Positions 37,401 to 51,289 of a stretch of DNA of 64,000 bases are shown piece after piece. How positions within the stretch are numbered: the stretch's first letter is position 1; each line of letters opens with the position of its first letter. The stretch is from Takakia lepidozioides (Eukaryota > Plantae > Bryophyta). The translations under genes and the position numbers were made by a program. The notes under the pieces were generated by a model. That model did not search any database. It saw only the letters and a program-made list of their open reading frames with translations, and was not told where the DNA came from. The DNA lies in contig CM060732.1 in the NCBI GenBank assembly GCA_030704615.1, positions 14,322,001-14,386,000 of the forward strand, read 5' to 3'.

Positions 37401-40400
37401 ATGTTCCACACAGCACACCACTTACAATGAGGGCCAAATGTGATGCTTGTAGGGAGCAGATCACTCATGAGGACACAGGTAGAACTCTGCTGGTTTAAGT
37501 GCCCAGTCATTTTGAAGACAGACTTGGCATCCAGAGTTTAACTTCACACGGGCTCGCCTTGCACCCAATATGCCGTTTTTGTTGTGGGATACAAGGCGAG
37601 TGGGGAAGGAGGGGGTTTGTCTGCTATGTGGTGCAATGCTGCCGCCGTGACCAAGATCCCTGCAGTCTGTAGCAGCAGATACTAAGCCATTTCTCATTCA
37701 AAACCGAGGTGTGCTATGCTCTCTCTCTCTCTCTCTTGGTAAGTCTCGATGTCAGCCCCTGACAAAGGTAGGTTCTGTCCCTTTGCGTTCCGCTCAAACC
37801 GGGTGCAGGGTCAATGGAGCACAAGGCTACGGCAAACAACGTCTTATGAGTAGATTCTGTGGACCCCCTGTCGGTGGACTAATGAGATTAAACTCAAGAT
37901 AGCTGAGAGACGAGCCCTCTATAAAGAGTGCTGCAATTTGGAAACCAACAGAGAATTGTGGGCGAGGTACTACCAGCTCCGTAAAGATATCAATCAGCTT
38001 GTTAGGTCTCAGAAGAAATTATACTGGGACAAGTTATACAGTGAAATAAACTCAAACCACCATGGTGGTAATGACAAGAAATTCTGGTTGGCCCTCCAAC
38101 GTTTGTACAAGCCGAAAAACGGTCAGCAAGTACAAGCGCTGAAGACTACTAAAGGCGCAGTGGTGACTTCATCGGTTGACATTGTCAAAACCTTTGAAAC
38201 TCACTACAGTATCCTTGGCAGAACTTCTAGGTCTAACAGTGAGGGGTCTTCTGCTGAATGGAGGGACACAGTTGGAAAAACTGTTCCTATGATTCAAAAC
38301 AGCCCTGATGAACTGGAGTATATTTCAATGGCTTATAATGCTCCCATTAGTTCTTCTGAGATTGTGGAAGCAATTGAACATTTAAATGGATATAAAGCTG
38401 GTGGACCTGATGTTATTGTCAACGAGCTTATCAAGCACGGTGGCGATCCCATGATAGAGGCCCTAGTTCTCCTCTTTAACCTTATCTGGAAGACTGAAAT
38501 GATCCCCTTTCACTGGCGACAGGGGGTCATTGTCATCTATACAAGAAGGGTGACAGAGAAGAACCGGGGAACTACCGTGGCATCACGCTCCTCAATGCTG
38601 TTGGCAAGACATTCTGCAGAGTTATAAGTACTCGTCTCGAGGTTGATCTGGAGTCTAGAGGTTGTTTCCACGAAGGCCAAGCTGGCTTTCGGCGAAACAG
38701 GGGCTGTGTGGATCATATCTTCACTCTAAGCCAGATTATCCAGGGAAGGAAAAAAGAAGGGAAACACACTTATGTCTTTTTCCTGGATGTCAAAAAGGCT
38801 TATGACAGTGTGGAGAGATGGCCTATGGTTCCGCCTCTGGTCTTGTGGGATCAAGGGAAAGATGTGGAGAGTTGTCCACAACTTGTATGCTCACACCAAA
38901 AGCTGTGTCACTGTTAGCGGACAGAAGTCCAACTTCTTTGACATAGACCAAGGTGTAGCTCAAGGATGTACTCTCTCCCCTCTGCTCTTCAATGTTTTCA
39001 TCAATCAACTCCTCGAGGATGTGGAAAGTGAGGGATTTGGGTTAAGGGTGGGTGATACCACCATACCAGCCCTTATGTTTGCGGATGACTTCGCAGGCAT
39101 AGGGGAGACTCCAACCAATCTCCAGGAGTTGATTGATTGCGCGAAGAGATACTTTGATCTTTGGGGGCTAGAGGCTAATGTCAGCAAATGTGCAGTGGTA
39201 GCATTCAACGACAGAGGAGAGGGAGGAAGTGATCTTAAGTGGCAGTGGGGTAGCCAAGAGATCCCGGTCCTCCCTTCCTACACTTACCTGGGCGTTGAGT
39301 TCTCCTCCAATTGTAATTGGGATGCTCATATCCGGAAAGTTGTTCAAACTGGCAAGGGCAAAGCTCTGGGGCTCACTAAATTTTTCCACTGCAGAGGGGT
39401 CAACTCTGAGGTTAAAAAAACCATGCTTTGTCACGTTATTAGACCTGCCTTGGAGTACGGATCTGCTATATGGGTTGATAACTCCAACCAGGCTAAGTCT
39501 CTAGAATCCATTCAAGTGGGGGTGCTTAAGGAGTGTATGTCAGCATGCTCCATCTGCTTTGTGTGGTGTGCCCAATAACTAGGCCCCAAAAGGGCCTGGG
39601 CTTTTGGCTCAGCCTGGAGACTTTCAAAGTTGGTAAACAGAGGTACAGCAACAAATAATTTGATGGATTTGAAGAGGGCGTCTCTCTGGTGAGAGTATCC
39701 AGGACAATGAATCAGAGAGAGAGGGAGAAATGAAATGAAATGGTGCTTATAATGTCCGCGGAAAGCTCATAGAGCTTATGGGACAAAATGGAAGAAAACA
39801 TGAGAGAGGAAACAAAACCAGAACCCAAGAATAAGAACTAAAGTTCTAGCGATTGTCTAAGGGTGAAGGCCTCGTGCAGGTAGGCTGCCAAGCATTTTTT
39901 ATCCTCATAGTGGAAGACTTCAGAGAGTGGAGAGAGAGAATGTACTCATAAGACGTTTGCCGTAGCCTTGTGGCCATAGACCCCGCGCTCAGTTTGAGCG
40001 GAACACAAAGGGACAGAAACTACCTGAGAGAGATTGTACTCATAAGACGTTGTTTGCCGTAGCCTTGTGGCCATTGACCCCGCGCCCAGTTTGAGCGGGA
40101 ACAAAAGGGACAGAACCTACCTCTGTCAGGGGCTGACGTTGGTAGTAAGACTTACCTCCATATAAAGAATTAATCCGGGTTTTCCAGATATCCTCTAGAA
40201 ATCCCTTCACACAAGCATCAATCTGCTGTGTGTGATTTGCCCAAAAACTAGGCCTCAGGAGGGCCTGGGCTTTTGGCTCAGCCTCGAGACTTTCCAAGTT
40301 GGTAAACAGGGGTACAGGCACAATTCCCTTAATAGATTTGAAGAGAGCGTCTCTTTGATGAGAGAACCCCGGACAGTGTATCAGAAAATGAATACTGTCT

Positions 40401-40969
40401 TCAGATTGCCCACACAACGGGCAATTGCACTCTCCCTTTCTTCTCTGCTTCTGTTTGCTGTTCAAAGGTAGGCTTCCTGCCCTGAGTTTAAATTTCAGTC
40501 TAGTGCCGAGAGTGGGTAGACCCTTGAGGTCATCCAAGATGTCCTCCCCCATGTCACAGACTGGAAACAAGTTCAGGGAAGTTTTCTGCCTAACTTCATT
40601 TTCATCAGACAATCTCATGGCGGCTGAGGACACTACAGCCTCTAAGTCAGATTTATCCAGCAGGGTCAAGACTTGCGGATCCATTCCAGGTCCTTGAGGA
40701 TCTCTTCTACTCTCTTCTGCCAGGACTTAGCCTGTTTGACAGGGCGGTCCTGTTTCCAAGATATAGAGTCGATTAACTTAGGATATCTGGCTTATGTAAA
40801 GGGATCTCTAGAGGATATCTGGAAAACTCGGATCAATGCTTTATACCAAGGGAAGTCTTACTACCAACGTCAGCCCCTGACAGAGGTAGGGTTCTGTCCC
40901 TTTGTGTTCCGCAAACTGTGCGCGGGGTCAATGGCCACAAGGCTACGGCAAAACAACGTCTTATGAGTA

Positions 40970-41010
<41 letters not shown>

Positions 41011-44000
41011 CTTTCCGCAGACGTTATAAAGTACCATTTCATTTCATTTCTGTATAACCAGACTGTCAAGGTTGCATGTGGACAAGTGCCTCCGTGAGCG
41101 CCTTAATGCCAGTTGCAGTAAAATAAGTTTATATCTGCAGCCGAGTTGCAGGGATAAGCTAAACCCTGGTTGGTGCAAACCCCACGAAAGGCTCCGGGAG
41201 GGTTAGTTTCCCGCAGGATCAATAGTCGTAAGGCTATGGCAAGCCAACATTCGCAGGGAGCGGCATGAGTATAATCTCTCCCTGAACTTGTTTCCAGTTT
41301 GTGAGATGGGTGAGGACCTTAAGAATGTTCTGAAGGGCTTACCCACCCTCGGCACTAGACTGGAATTTAAACTCGAGGTGGGGAGTCCAGAGACTACCTT
41401 TGAACAATAAACAGATGCAGAGAGGAAAGGGAGATTGTAATTGCCCAATATCTATTTTCTCATACAATGTCCAGGGTATTCTCATCAGAGAGTGACCCTC
41501 TTCAAGACCATCAAGAACATAAACCCTGCACCTCTGTTCACCAACTTTCAGAATCTTGAGGCTGAGCCTAAAGCACTGGCCCTGTTAGGTCTAATTGCTG
41601 GGCAGCTCACTTAGCCATGTGTGAAGGGCTTTCTAGAGGAACTCCGGATAGCCCGAACCAATAGTTTATACAAAGGGTAAGTACCAATACTGGAGTGAGC
41701 CCCTCACAAAGGTAGTATCTGTTCCCTCTTGTTCCGCTCAAACTGGGCGTGGGGTCTATGGCCACAAGGCGAAGTCAAACACGGTCTTATGAGTACACCC
41801 TCTCTCTCTCACACACACACACACACACAAGCCTAGAAATGGACAATATTCATAAAACTTTATTGTCCTCAATGCACATGTGAAAAGCCAAGGACTTTCG
41901 GAAGGCTATAAATGCTCAATAGTTATAAGGTGGATTCCTTTAGTAAGACCAAACGAGAGACAGGGGAGAAAGACACAAGAAACACATATTGTGTTGCAAA
42001 TTGGCATGGGAGGGCTAACCAGGAAGGCATCGCATATCTGCCATCAACAGTGAACCAGGGCTTCTTGAGGGAGGCCACGAATTGGACACAATTCCCACTG
42101 ACATGCTGGAGACAGCCACCCGAGAATCATCAGCATGAGAACCAGCTTTAGAGATCAAAGATCCCAATTCGCCCACTCCCCTTCTGCTTCATCGGCCCCA
42201 AACTCCCACCTATATGCTAGAGATGAATCTACCGTGAATATGGCCATAAGTGAGTTTTCCCTTTCAAACCTGCTCAGTAACCACAGTTTTTTAATCAGCA
42301 ATAGTGGAAGGTAGTGAAATGTGCTTTGGCAGGGCCTACAGCACTCACCTATTATGGAAGTGAAGTGGTGACAGCGCGCCAAAAGGAGAACCAACAGCTA
42401 TAAGAGAATCACCTCGTTTCCTGGATTCTGCCATCAAGTATCCAGCAGGCATCTGCACAAATGATGTCAACCTGAGCGAATGAACAGATCAAAATCCAGC
42501 CAGAGAGGAAACAACCTCAAGCATTGAAACATGTAGGAAGCCATAGTTGCACAGCATTCATCTTCCTTGTCAGCTCGATTTGAATGTTAGGGCACATCAC
42601 AAGTGTTCCTTGACAAACTTCTTCTCTTTTGCCACATCCTCTCGGTGCTGCTAAGTGTCTTCAAAAGTTAAAAGTATGAATCAAAGGTGGCAAGCAACAG
42701 TCAACCTGGGAAATTCCATGGAACTCCTGGAGCTTCTGAAGACAACCATTAAGGGCAGCATAGTCGCCTCCTTGTGAACCCACTGTCAAAACCGCTACCC
42801 TAGTAGCTGCCATGGCTACAACTCCCAATCTGCTTACACCAGCTAGAGTCTGGGAGGCAGATTGTCTATCACCTCTTGGCTCATGTTGCAAAGTTACATC
42901 ATCCTGCATAATCCAAGGGCCGTGTTACAACTCTTGTATTATGTTCATCCATCCATCTTCATTAACTGCTAAACACAGAGCAGACTATGATTGCAACAGT
43001 AGTATTGCAGATGCATCCCATGTCACATCAGTTGCTATCCATTACAGACTTGATTGTGCGGTCATACAAATCGGCAGAGGCACCATATCTTTCATTGAGA
43101 TACTCTACAGCAGACTTGGTTATGATCAGCTTCTCACCCCTCTTCTATATTCGCATTGAGAATGTACTCATAAGACGACGTTTGCCAGTGCCTCTTCTAA
43201 ATTTGCATTGAGTACTCATAAGACGTTGTGTGCCGTAGCCTTGTGGCCATTGACCCCGCACCCAGTTTGAGCGGGAACAAAAGGGACAGAACCTACCTCT
43301 GTCAGGGGCTGACGTTGGTAGTAAGACTTACCTCCATATAAAGAATTAATCCGGGTTTTCCAGATATCCTCTAGAAATCCCTTCACACAAGCATCAATCT
43401 GCTGTGTGTGATTTGCCCAAAAACTAGGCCTCAGGAGGGCCTGGGCTTTTGGCTCAGCCTCGAGACTTTCCAAGTTGGTAAACAGGGGTACAGGCACAAT
43501 TCCCTTAATAGATTTGAAGAGAGCGTCTCTTTGGTGAGAGAACCCCGGACAGTGTATCAGAAAATGAATACTGTCTTCAGATTGCCCACACAACGGGCAA
43601 TTGCACTCTCCCTTTCCTCTCTGCTTCTGTTTGCTGTTCAAAGGTAGGCATCCTGCCCTGAGTTTAAATTTCAGTCTAGTGCCGAGAGTGGGTAGACCCT
43701 TGAGGTCATCCAAGATGTCCTCCCCCATGTCACAGACTGGAAACAAGTTCAGGGAAGTTTGCATTGAGAGAGAGATAGAGAGATAGAGAGAAATCCCAGA
43801 CAAAAGAATAAAAAGTGTAATTAAGGAGCCGGCTTCCCAATGTTGGGTGCTCCTCAACCCATGGAGAGATAAATGTCTGACCAACCAGCTGCAAGAAAAC
43901 CATGCAATCTAGCAGCCCACTTCTTCCAGTGGCTTCGGTAAGGGGACATCCAAAGATGCCTGAAGGCAGAGAAAAACTGAACTCCTTGAGTAGCTGCAAA

Positions 44001-46225
44001 TGAGTGCCTTCAAGATCAAGATGAAGTTTGACCTGAAGCTGTGTGTCTGTTAGGACCTCAGCAGTGAGGAGACTGTGTAATTGCTGTGCATTGTCCTCTA
44101 CTGAAGCTAATGCCCAGCCCACCTCCCACACTCCCTTGACGCTGCCTCCATGCACATCCAGCAAGTCTTGTAGAGCTGTCCCTGCTGCCGGCACATCGAC
44201 CTATGTCTCGCACACACCAACCCATGTTTGAGGCAGTCATGATTGTGTATGCATGCATGAATGTGGAGTGGCAAAACACTTGTGAATGGCAAAACTAACA
44301 TCATGCTCACAACAGCTGCCTCTCAGTTAGCAGAAATTGAGTTACCAACAACTTTAGGTAAAGAACTTGTGCTTCTGGAAAATATCTCCAGATCAAAAAT
44401 GTAGAAAAACCAACGGACATTCTTTGCTAGCCACGGCTTTGTTAAGAACCACATTGAGCAAGCAGCAGCCACAAACAAGACATACGCACCACAGTCAAGA
44501 GTTGAGCAGGTAACCAACAGACTGAATGGTCTCCAGAGTGCACACCTTCAATGGAACTATGTGACACCTGTACGGCATAACCCGCCGAATTAGCGACACA
44601 CGCTTGCTTCTACATCCTCATCCAATTCTTTTCCACATTCCTATGCATTACCCACTCCGCTCCATGCAACTGCTGAGAATAATACATAAAATTGTTCTAG
44701 TTGTCATGCCTGCAACTGGAGCTATCCTGATCTACCATTACGGAACATGCATGTCAAGGTGGAAAAGAACATGCTTCCCTATACCGCGACAGTCCTCAAG
44801 ACAACTTTGCCCCTTGGTTTTTTTAATAATAGCCCTTTCTCCTACAAGGATTTTCAAGAAGAAACTAGCAGCTGCTTGAGTGCAAAGACTCCAGCACACT
44901 CTAACCATCACACTGGCCAGAAAAGAAACATACTGTCAATTCCGCCCATTATTTGATTCTCTTCATCAGTCTCAAGGAATATACTTCAGCATGCCACCAA
45001 TGCAATTTAAGAACACACCTCAACTAGGATGTCCACCTCAGTGCCTCGGATGAGTTTAGGGGATTCCTGAACACAATAACCACATGGCCAAAAAACCAAC
45101 AATGTCAAGTGCAATACTGACATGAAAATATAAACATAATTTTCACGAGGAGCAAAGAGGTAAATTACATTCAACAGCCTTGGACTGTAGGAGAATGCTA
45201 ACCTCGGCAGATGATGATCCATGAGACCTTTGAGCCAGAAATGGCTCCACAATAGAGGCACAAGTGATCACCACCAAGGGCTCACATGACTCTGACTTTT
45301 CGCACTCCTCAAGCCTCAAAGAAGATTTCCTGGCCTGGTCCATGTCAATGCCACCAAGCACAAGGAAGCCTGACGCAGACAGAGTAGTGTCGCCTGACCT
45401 GTCCAAATTATTGAAGTGTCATTTAACCAGAAGTGCTTTGTTTGCACAACCAATGAAAGACGACATGCCAACGATCCAACGACTCACTCAACTTCAGTAA
45501 CATACATCTTATTCACATTTTATGTTCTTTGTAGTCTAAATAGAGATTTCACATCACAATAACGTAACTCAGAGATGAACAACATGTCGTCGTCTATGTC
45601 ATTTTCAAGTTACACAATCACATGGGCTAAAAAAGTGATCTCGCCAATGCATGAAATCCTGCATGACAGAAATACTTCATAAAGGTAGGATTTAACCTAA
45701 ATTCACTGAAAAGTTCAGCCGCACTTGTTTATTTAGATATGCCTGTTTTGGAACATAGAAATCAGCATGCACACTCCACACCCATGCTCACCTTCATTTA
45801 TTACTTACCTACCTAGCTACCATTCCCATCTCCCACAGGGCATGATGTCAAGAGACTAACAGTGGACAACTCACTCAGAATGGAAAAACGCATGCCGGCG
45901 CATTTTTCGTCCCTTTGGATCCTGTTGTTAAATGCCAGGCATAAATTGTGAGTATTCATGACCCTAGTCTGTCCCTCGCTCCAGGGGCATCTATGGCCAC
46001 GAGACTACAGCAAGCAACCTCTAATGAGTACATCATCTCTGAAGACTCTTTCATGACCAAAAATTAAACCTGGGATTGAGCAAACAAGCATGAAGCTTCA
46101 GTAGTATGAGAGCTACCACATGTATAGCTAAGAGGCATGGTAGAAAGAAATAAACTTACAGGGCCATGCACGCGCACCATGACTGCAGCATGGCGTGCTA
46201 CATCCATTGCTGTCTGAGGTGCCAT
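34483..46225 (-). CDS. DEG15: Glyoxysomal/peroxisomal processing protease (two trypsin-like domains), multi-exon
   Basis: [117 protein letters not shown], C-terminal SRL (PTS1). Not every exon boundary was resolved. Confidence 0.92.
37938..39540 (+). mobile_element. Non-LTR retrotransposon (LINE) reverse transcriptase fragment in a DEG15 intron
   Basis: KAGGPD, NYRGITLL (frameshifted), QAGFR, FLDVKKAYD, GVAQGCTLSPLLFNVFI, LMFADD, YTYLG. Confidence 0.92.
40035..40790 (-). mobile_element. LINE 3' fragment with CCHC motif
   Basis: FKLRAG..CPLC..EDSIHFLIHC; ends in GTCTTATGAGTACA. Near-identical to 43213-43757. Confidence 0.85.
40795..41797 (+). mobile_element. Two further LINE 3' fragments (40795-40971 and ~41275-41797), each followed by (CT)n
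   Basis: Both end ...GTCTTATGAGTACA then CT repeats. Confidence 0.8.
43213..43757 (-). mobile_element. 5'-truncated LINE insertion with 11-bp TSD
   Basis: TTTGCATTGAG at 43202-43212 and 43758-43768; the right copy runs into (GA)n. Confidence 0.88.
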
Positions 46226-47879
46226 TCCAGTGTCTTGTACATGCACTCGTACACCAATTTTACTGCCAAACCTGCCCCCTGCTAGCTTGCTTTGCCTGAC
46301 ATCAAGTTGAGACCAGCCCCTTAATAGGGAACTCTGCCACTTGAGGGCCCATGGATTTTCACACCAACAAACCTTGTCAGGGAGAGTCTATTGGCCTTTG
46401 GATCATTTCGTCCACAATGTCTACAAGATTGAGGACTACATTTATAATCGTCAAGGAACCTTCATCCAACCTCTCCATCTGATCATAAGGTCATTCAGCA
46501 CGTCTGCACTGGAACAAAATGGCCAGTCTTCTCCTTGGTTCGGTCACTGCTTCAAAACATTTTGGAGAAAATTTGATGCTGCCTGCCATGTCATTAACTG
46601 TAGAAATGCGGGAAAAAACATCCATCAGACTCATGTACACGTCTTAGACGCCATCTATTCTAGTTACTCAGGAAGCTTCAATCCGCAGGAGAACAGAGGA
46701 GAATATAACCCTCAACATCAAACGTTGAGCATCTTCAAATTTGGTGGACAGTCTCATGTAAATCTCTGCCATGCTTTTCAATCAAGCTTTCTTGCTGCTT
46801 AGCTCTTCACTACAACTCCCCGGAAAAACATAGAGGAGTCGCAATTAGGCAGTCCGGCAATCAATCCTGCCTCAACGACTAAAGAAAAACACAATTTCTG
46901 ACAGACAGCCTTATCCGCGTAAACGAGCACTCCGAAAATTGCAAACAAGACAATAATATGCATCCTTCCGAAGCAAACAAACCACCTGGAAAAATTACCA
47001 CCTAATAACCACTCCCCTCTTACTTTCCCTGCACGCTTACTAGCATAAACTAGACGTCCAAACAGCACATAAAGCTACAATCTCGTTCATCTCCTCCTGT
47101 TCCACATCCCCGCCATGCCCATTTCCGCCGATTCAGAGCAGAAAACTTTGCATGCTTCGCTTCTACCTGATTTCCACAGAAAAAACATCAAGGGGAAAAC
47201 TATCTGCAGAGAAAGTCGAGGCCTACGGAATTCAAATCACACAAACGCTAAACAGATTCCACATCTTCTGACTGACATCCAGCGAGGGAAGAAAAACCAT
47301 CTGACTGCCAATTCAAAAAGCAGATAAAATTCAAAACAAGCAAGGAACCTTGCTCCTTCGATTCTCCCTGCCGCCGATGCAATCCACGGGGGACTTGAAG
47401 AGGGGGGAAGCGGGGAGCTTTCCTCGTCTCGGTGACTGACGGGCCCACCATCGCCATCCCTCCATGCACACATGCATGGCCATTACTAGGGCAGGGTGGG
47501 TGGCCACAGGGACCCAGTCTGGGGTTCAAATCCTCCTACACCTCATCTAGTCTGGCCCGAAGGTTGATGAGTTGCCGGCGGACAGCATTATCCACAAGGC
47601 CGGCAGCTTCAATAATCCATAGCCAAAGGAGGCAAAGATGCGGAGCGGCCACGTGGGTCGCCTTCAAGCAGCCTTCCGTCTGGGTTGCCCGATGTATGTT
47701 TCAATAATGAACTAACTGCCAGTAAAAAATAAAAAATAAAAAAATAAACTCTGCATACCCCAGATCGTTTATCTTTCTTCCTTTCTTTCTTATTTATTTA
47801 TTTTTAGAGAACACGGGACTGTGAAGCTCGATTCCGGTGGGGGGGGGGGGGGGGGGCTGCGGGCGGGGTGGTTATTCCC

Positions 47880-50800
47880 CTTCCTCTATCGGCTTAGTTT
47901 AGCAACGGGGGAATATAGTCTATAAAGCAGGCCTGGCAAAGAGGACGGAATCTCCCTCAGAGGATACAAATGAGGGTGCCGGTCGATCACACTAAGAACC
48001 CACAGGCTGTTGCTAGTGCTGTACTATCTCATGATTTCAAGCTTATGCATTGTGACTCTTGAACGATTCGCAAGGAACGCATACATCCTTTAATGACCCA
48101 ATGTCATATTGGGCATCTTTCTTTTTCATGTGTCGTTGATACAGGATGCACCATGTCTGCTATTCCCCTTAGTATTGTTCGCATTTTAGGACTCAAATTG
48201 ACATCTGCCAAAGGCTTAGAGGTCACTATTGCTGATGGCACTGCCTATGAACCCATGGGTTTGGTCTACCCATCCAAGTTAGTGGCAAAACAGTGGTACT
48301 ACTAACCTGCATTGTCACTTTGGGGGAGCAGTTACTCCTAGGCCTTGATTGGATGAAGGGGGCAGAGGCTAGCCTTGATATTATGGGCAGTGTGATGTGG
48401 CTTCACAATGGTGAGGGGCAGCCCTACAAGGTAAACCTTAACTCAGTGACTCTGGCAGCTGGTATATCCATGGCAAACTACTCTCGATTCAAATTTCAAG
48501 CTAGCCAATGAGGGAAAATGTGGGCCCACATTAGAATTGGGCTTGATTTAGTCAATTCCAAGCCCCAGAGGGCTGTCTTTATCAATGGTAGTTCCCTTCA
48601 CCTGGTAAGAAGTCAGGCCCGCCCCTGCCTGTGGCAAAAAAACACCATGTTGGTCCGTGCTCCCATTGATCTTGTCATTCCTGCTTTTTCCCAATGATGA
48701 GTGCCTTCTGGTCTAGCTTTTGCTTGTCCTCAAGGTCATTACATAGAGGTTGAGGGATGGAAAAAACTTACCTTGCATACTGTTCCAGCACAACAACAAA
48801 TCAGCAGGATAGGGTGCACCCACATTTTGCATGTACATGTCCACGATGGTATTGTATCTTGTTTGTTTAAATGGCCCTTCTGAGTTTTCTCCTTCTCAAA
48901 ATGTTCAATGAGAGCAGGGAGTTGGGATTGGTAAGGGCAGAACCTGATATAGTGCTCCTTGGATTTGCAAATCATGCATGCTACCACGGACAACCTGGCT
49001 TCATACCTAGGGCCAGTGTTAGTCTTACCCTTGTTACTTCACCCACTTGTACCAGAGGGCCTCCAGTTAACTTCAGCCTTGAATGCTTGAAGCTGGTCTT
49101 CAATTTCATGACGAAGAGAAGAGAGTTCTTGTACAATGGACGGCACCGGGTTATCAGCAAGTTATCTGCCACCCTGAAATTCCCATCACTGCATTCAATA
49201 TGTTTTCCTTCGCTGGAAAGATGTGTGTGTTTGGAGGGGGCACTAGCTTTGGCAAGGCCAGCCTTAGCAGCCTTTAAACGAAGACGTTCTTCTATCAATT
49301 CGACCATCTCATCTTCAGTAGTATAGGTCTGCTTCTGGAGAAACACTTTCTCAGCAGGTGGCAGTCCCTCTACAAAGCAATGTTTCAAAATAGCAGGTCT
49401 TTTAGAGGCAATCAGGACAGACTTACATATGGCAGTCCTCAAATCAGAGTAGTATTTCCACACACTGTCACCATAGTGAAATTTTAAATCTGGAGTGGTG
49501 TAAGCTATGGGCTTCTCTTCTTGAATAGTTTCCGTGCCAACTCCCTTGCTTCTACCCACGTGAGATCTACCTTATACTTGATGTTGGATTCAAAAATCTT
49601 TCGAGCCTCACCCTTGAGGCAAATCTGAAAGGATTTAACTTGAAACTTTGGTGGGACACCATTTATCTCTATACTGATTTCAAAAAACTCCAAGAAAGAC
49701 TCAAAATCTTCCCCCAAGTTGTACTCAGGGTATTATTGCTTATGCATACGTTCTCCAGGTTCAGATTTCCAAGATGTAGTATCTGGAGCTTCAGTTTGTT
49801 TCAGCAACATCTTCATGAGAGGGTGGCAATTAGAAATCACCCCCATGGCTTCACACAGCTCCTCCACATCAAATGTGGGTTGAGAATCAGCCATCGGACC
49901 CTTCTGTTTGAGGTCTCCGGACGACTCTCCTCGTTCAGTGTTTTTTTGTTCATTAGTTGTTGTCCATTCCTTCTCCTTCGTTGTACGTTGTTCCAACTCA
50001 CTTAGTCCCATTGTCTCTTCTGCTTCTTTTTCTAACTTTGCTCTTATAAAAATAGGCATGAGGTAAGGAGACACTGCTACCTGTCCGAAGGGGCACTGAG
50101 CTGCGACTCCCACCCGAAGACACAATGAGAGGTAATGAAACGATGTTTGTGCAGCATGTACACGCCTTCACCCAGGAATTGTCACACCTCGTTCTCACCC
50201 TTGAGCCAGAATGTGACCCGGATGATGCTGCAAATCACTTTTTCCTTGACCAGGAGAGTGTGAGCAGGATAGCTCTCTGCAGTAGAAGGCTTGCACAAAC
50301 CGACACTCTCTTGGCGAAAACAAATCCCTGGAAACACTACAACGTTACTGGCACAATACGGAAAATTAGTAGAAGTAATGCCAGAGATGATTTCGTCCCA
50401 GGTGGGGGCCCCGGGTTGGGGTGGGTGAAATCCTAGGCCGAAGATTTGCAGGTAAAATGGCTGACCCTCCCTTTACCAGTTCCCACAACCGCAAAGGACT
50501 CGGTTTGTTGGGTGGCCGAAAGCTCTCGATCTGTATGTCCAACTTGCGGGTCACTGAAAATTGTGGAATGCCAAGTACCGCCCAGCTGAGCGATTCTCCT
50601 CTCTGTAGTTGTTCCTTAGCACTAGCAAGCGGGATTTGGAGGGCGATTTCCTTATAATGCAGCTTAAGAAACAGACGTGTAGCATAGGCTCATTGCAGGG
50701 AATGCAGCGCCCCTGCTCTCGGCGCTCGGCCCTGGTGTGCACTGCCTTGGAGGCCTCCTTACGGGCTGTTTCCTCAAAGGTTTTGGTAGTTGTGAACAGA

Positions 50801-51289
50801 CTTAGAGCGAGCGAGCGGGAGGGAGGGCAAACATGCATGGACGGCGTGTCCAGCGGCAACTCAAGGCGTGGGAATGGCTCCCCTTCCGGATGATCAACAA
50901 AGACAATCTGCTCAGGAAGATGATTGCGGGCGAGTTCACAGATGTAACGCGCCTCCAATGCGTGAGCCTGACTCTTGCGAGGGACTTTGATTTGTTCAAG
51001 ATCAAACCAGTTGCGCTCAAAATTGGAAGCCATGGCATTCAATCACTAAGCTCTCAAAACGTAGGAAAGCATAGATAGACAGACTCTCTCTCCCTTCCAC
51101 AGTGCACAACGAACCAGCCGCCATTTTGCTATCCCCTTTCCTCCTAATCATGCAAGATCCCCGTACCAAATCTATTGTCTCAGGTGTTTCGTACCACTGA
51201 CATTCCCTACCGGCTTAGTTTAGCAACAGGGAATATAGTGTATAGAGCAGGCCTGGCAAAGATGACGGAATCTCCCTCAAAGGATACAA
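47880..51289 (-). mobile_element. Rearranged Ty3/Gypsy-like LTR retrotransposon remnant
   Basis: ~85-bp direct repeat at 47885-47969 and 51205-51289 (minus strand begins TGTATCC); gag on - with knuckle CMICKSKEHYIRFCP; aspartic protease VVDTGCT..LLLGLDWM on + (48093-48511). Confidence 0.7.

Noticed and set aside
40035-40971. Twin-priming 5' inversion of a single LINE
   Set aside because: Both parts contain the same 3' end and are diverged from each other, so they are separate insertions.
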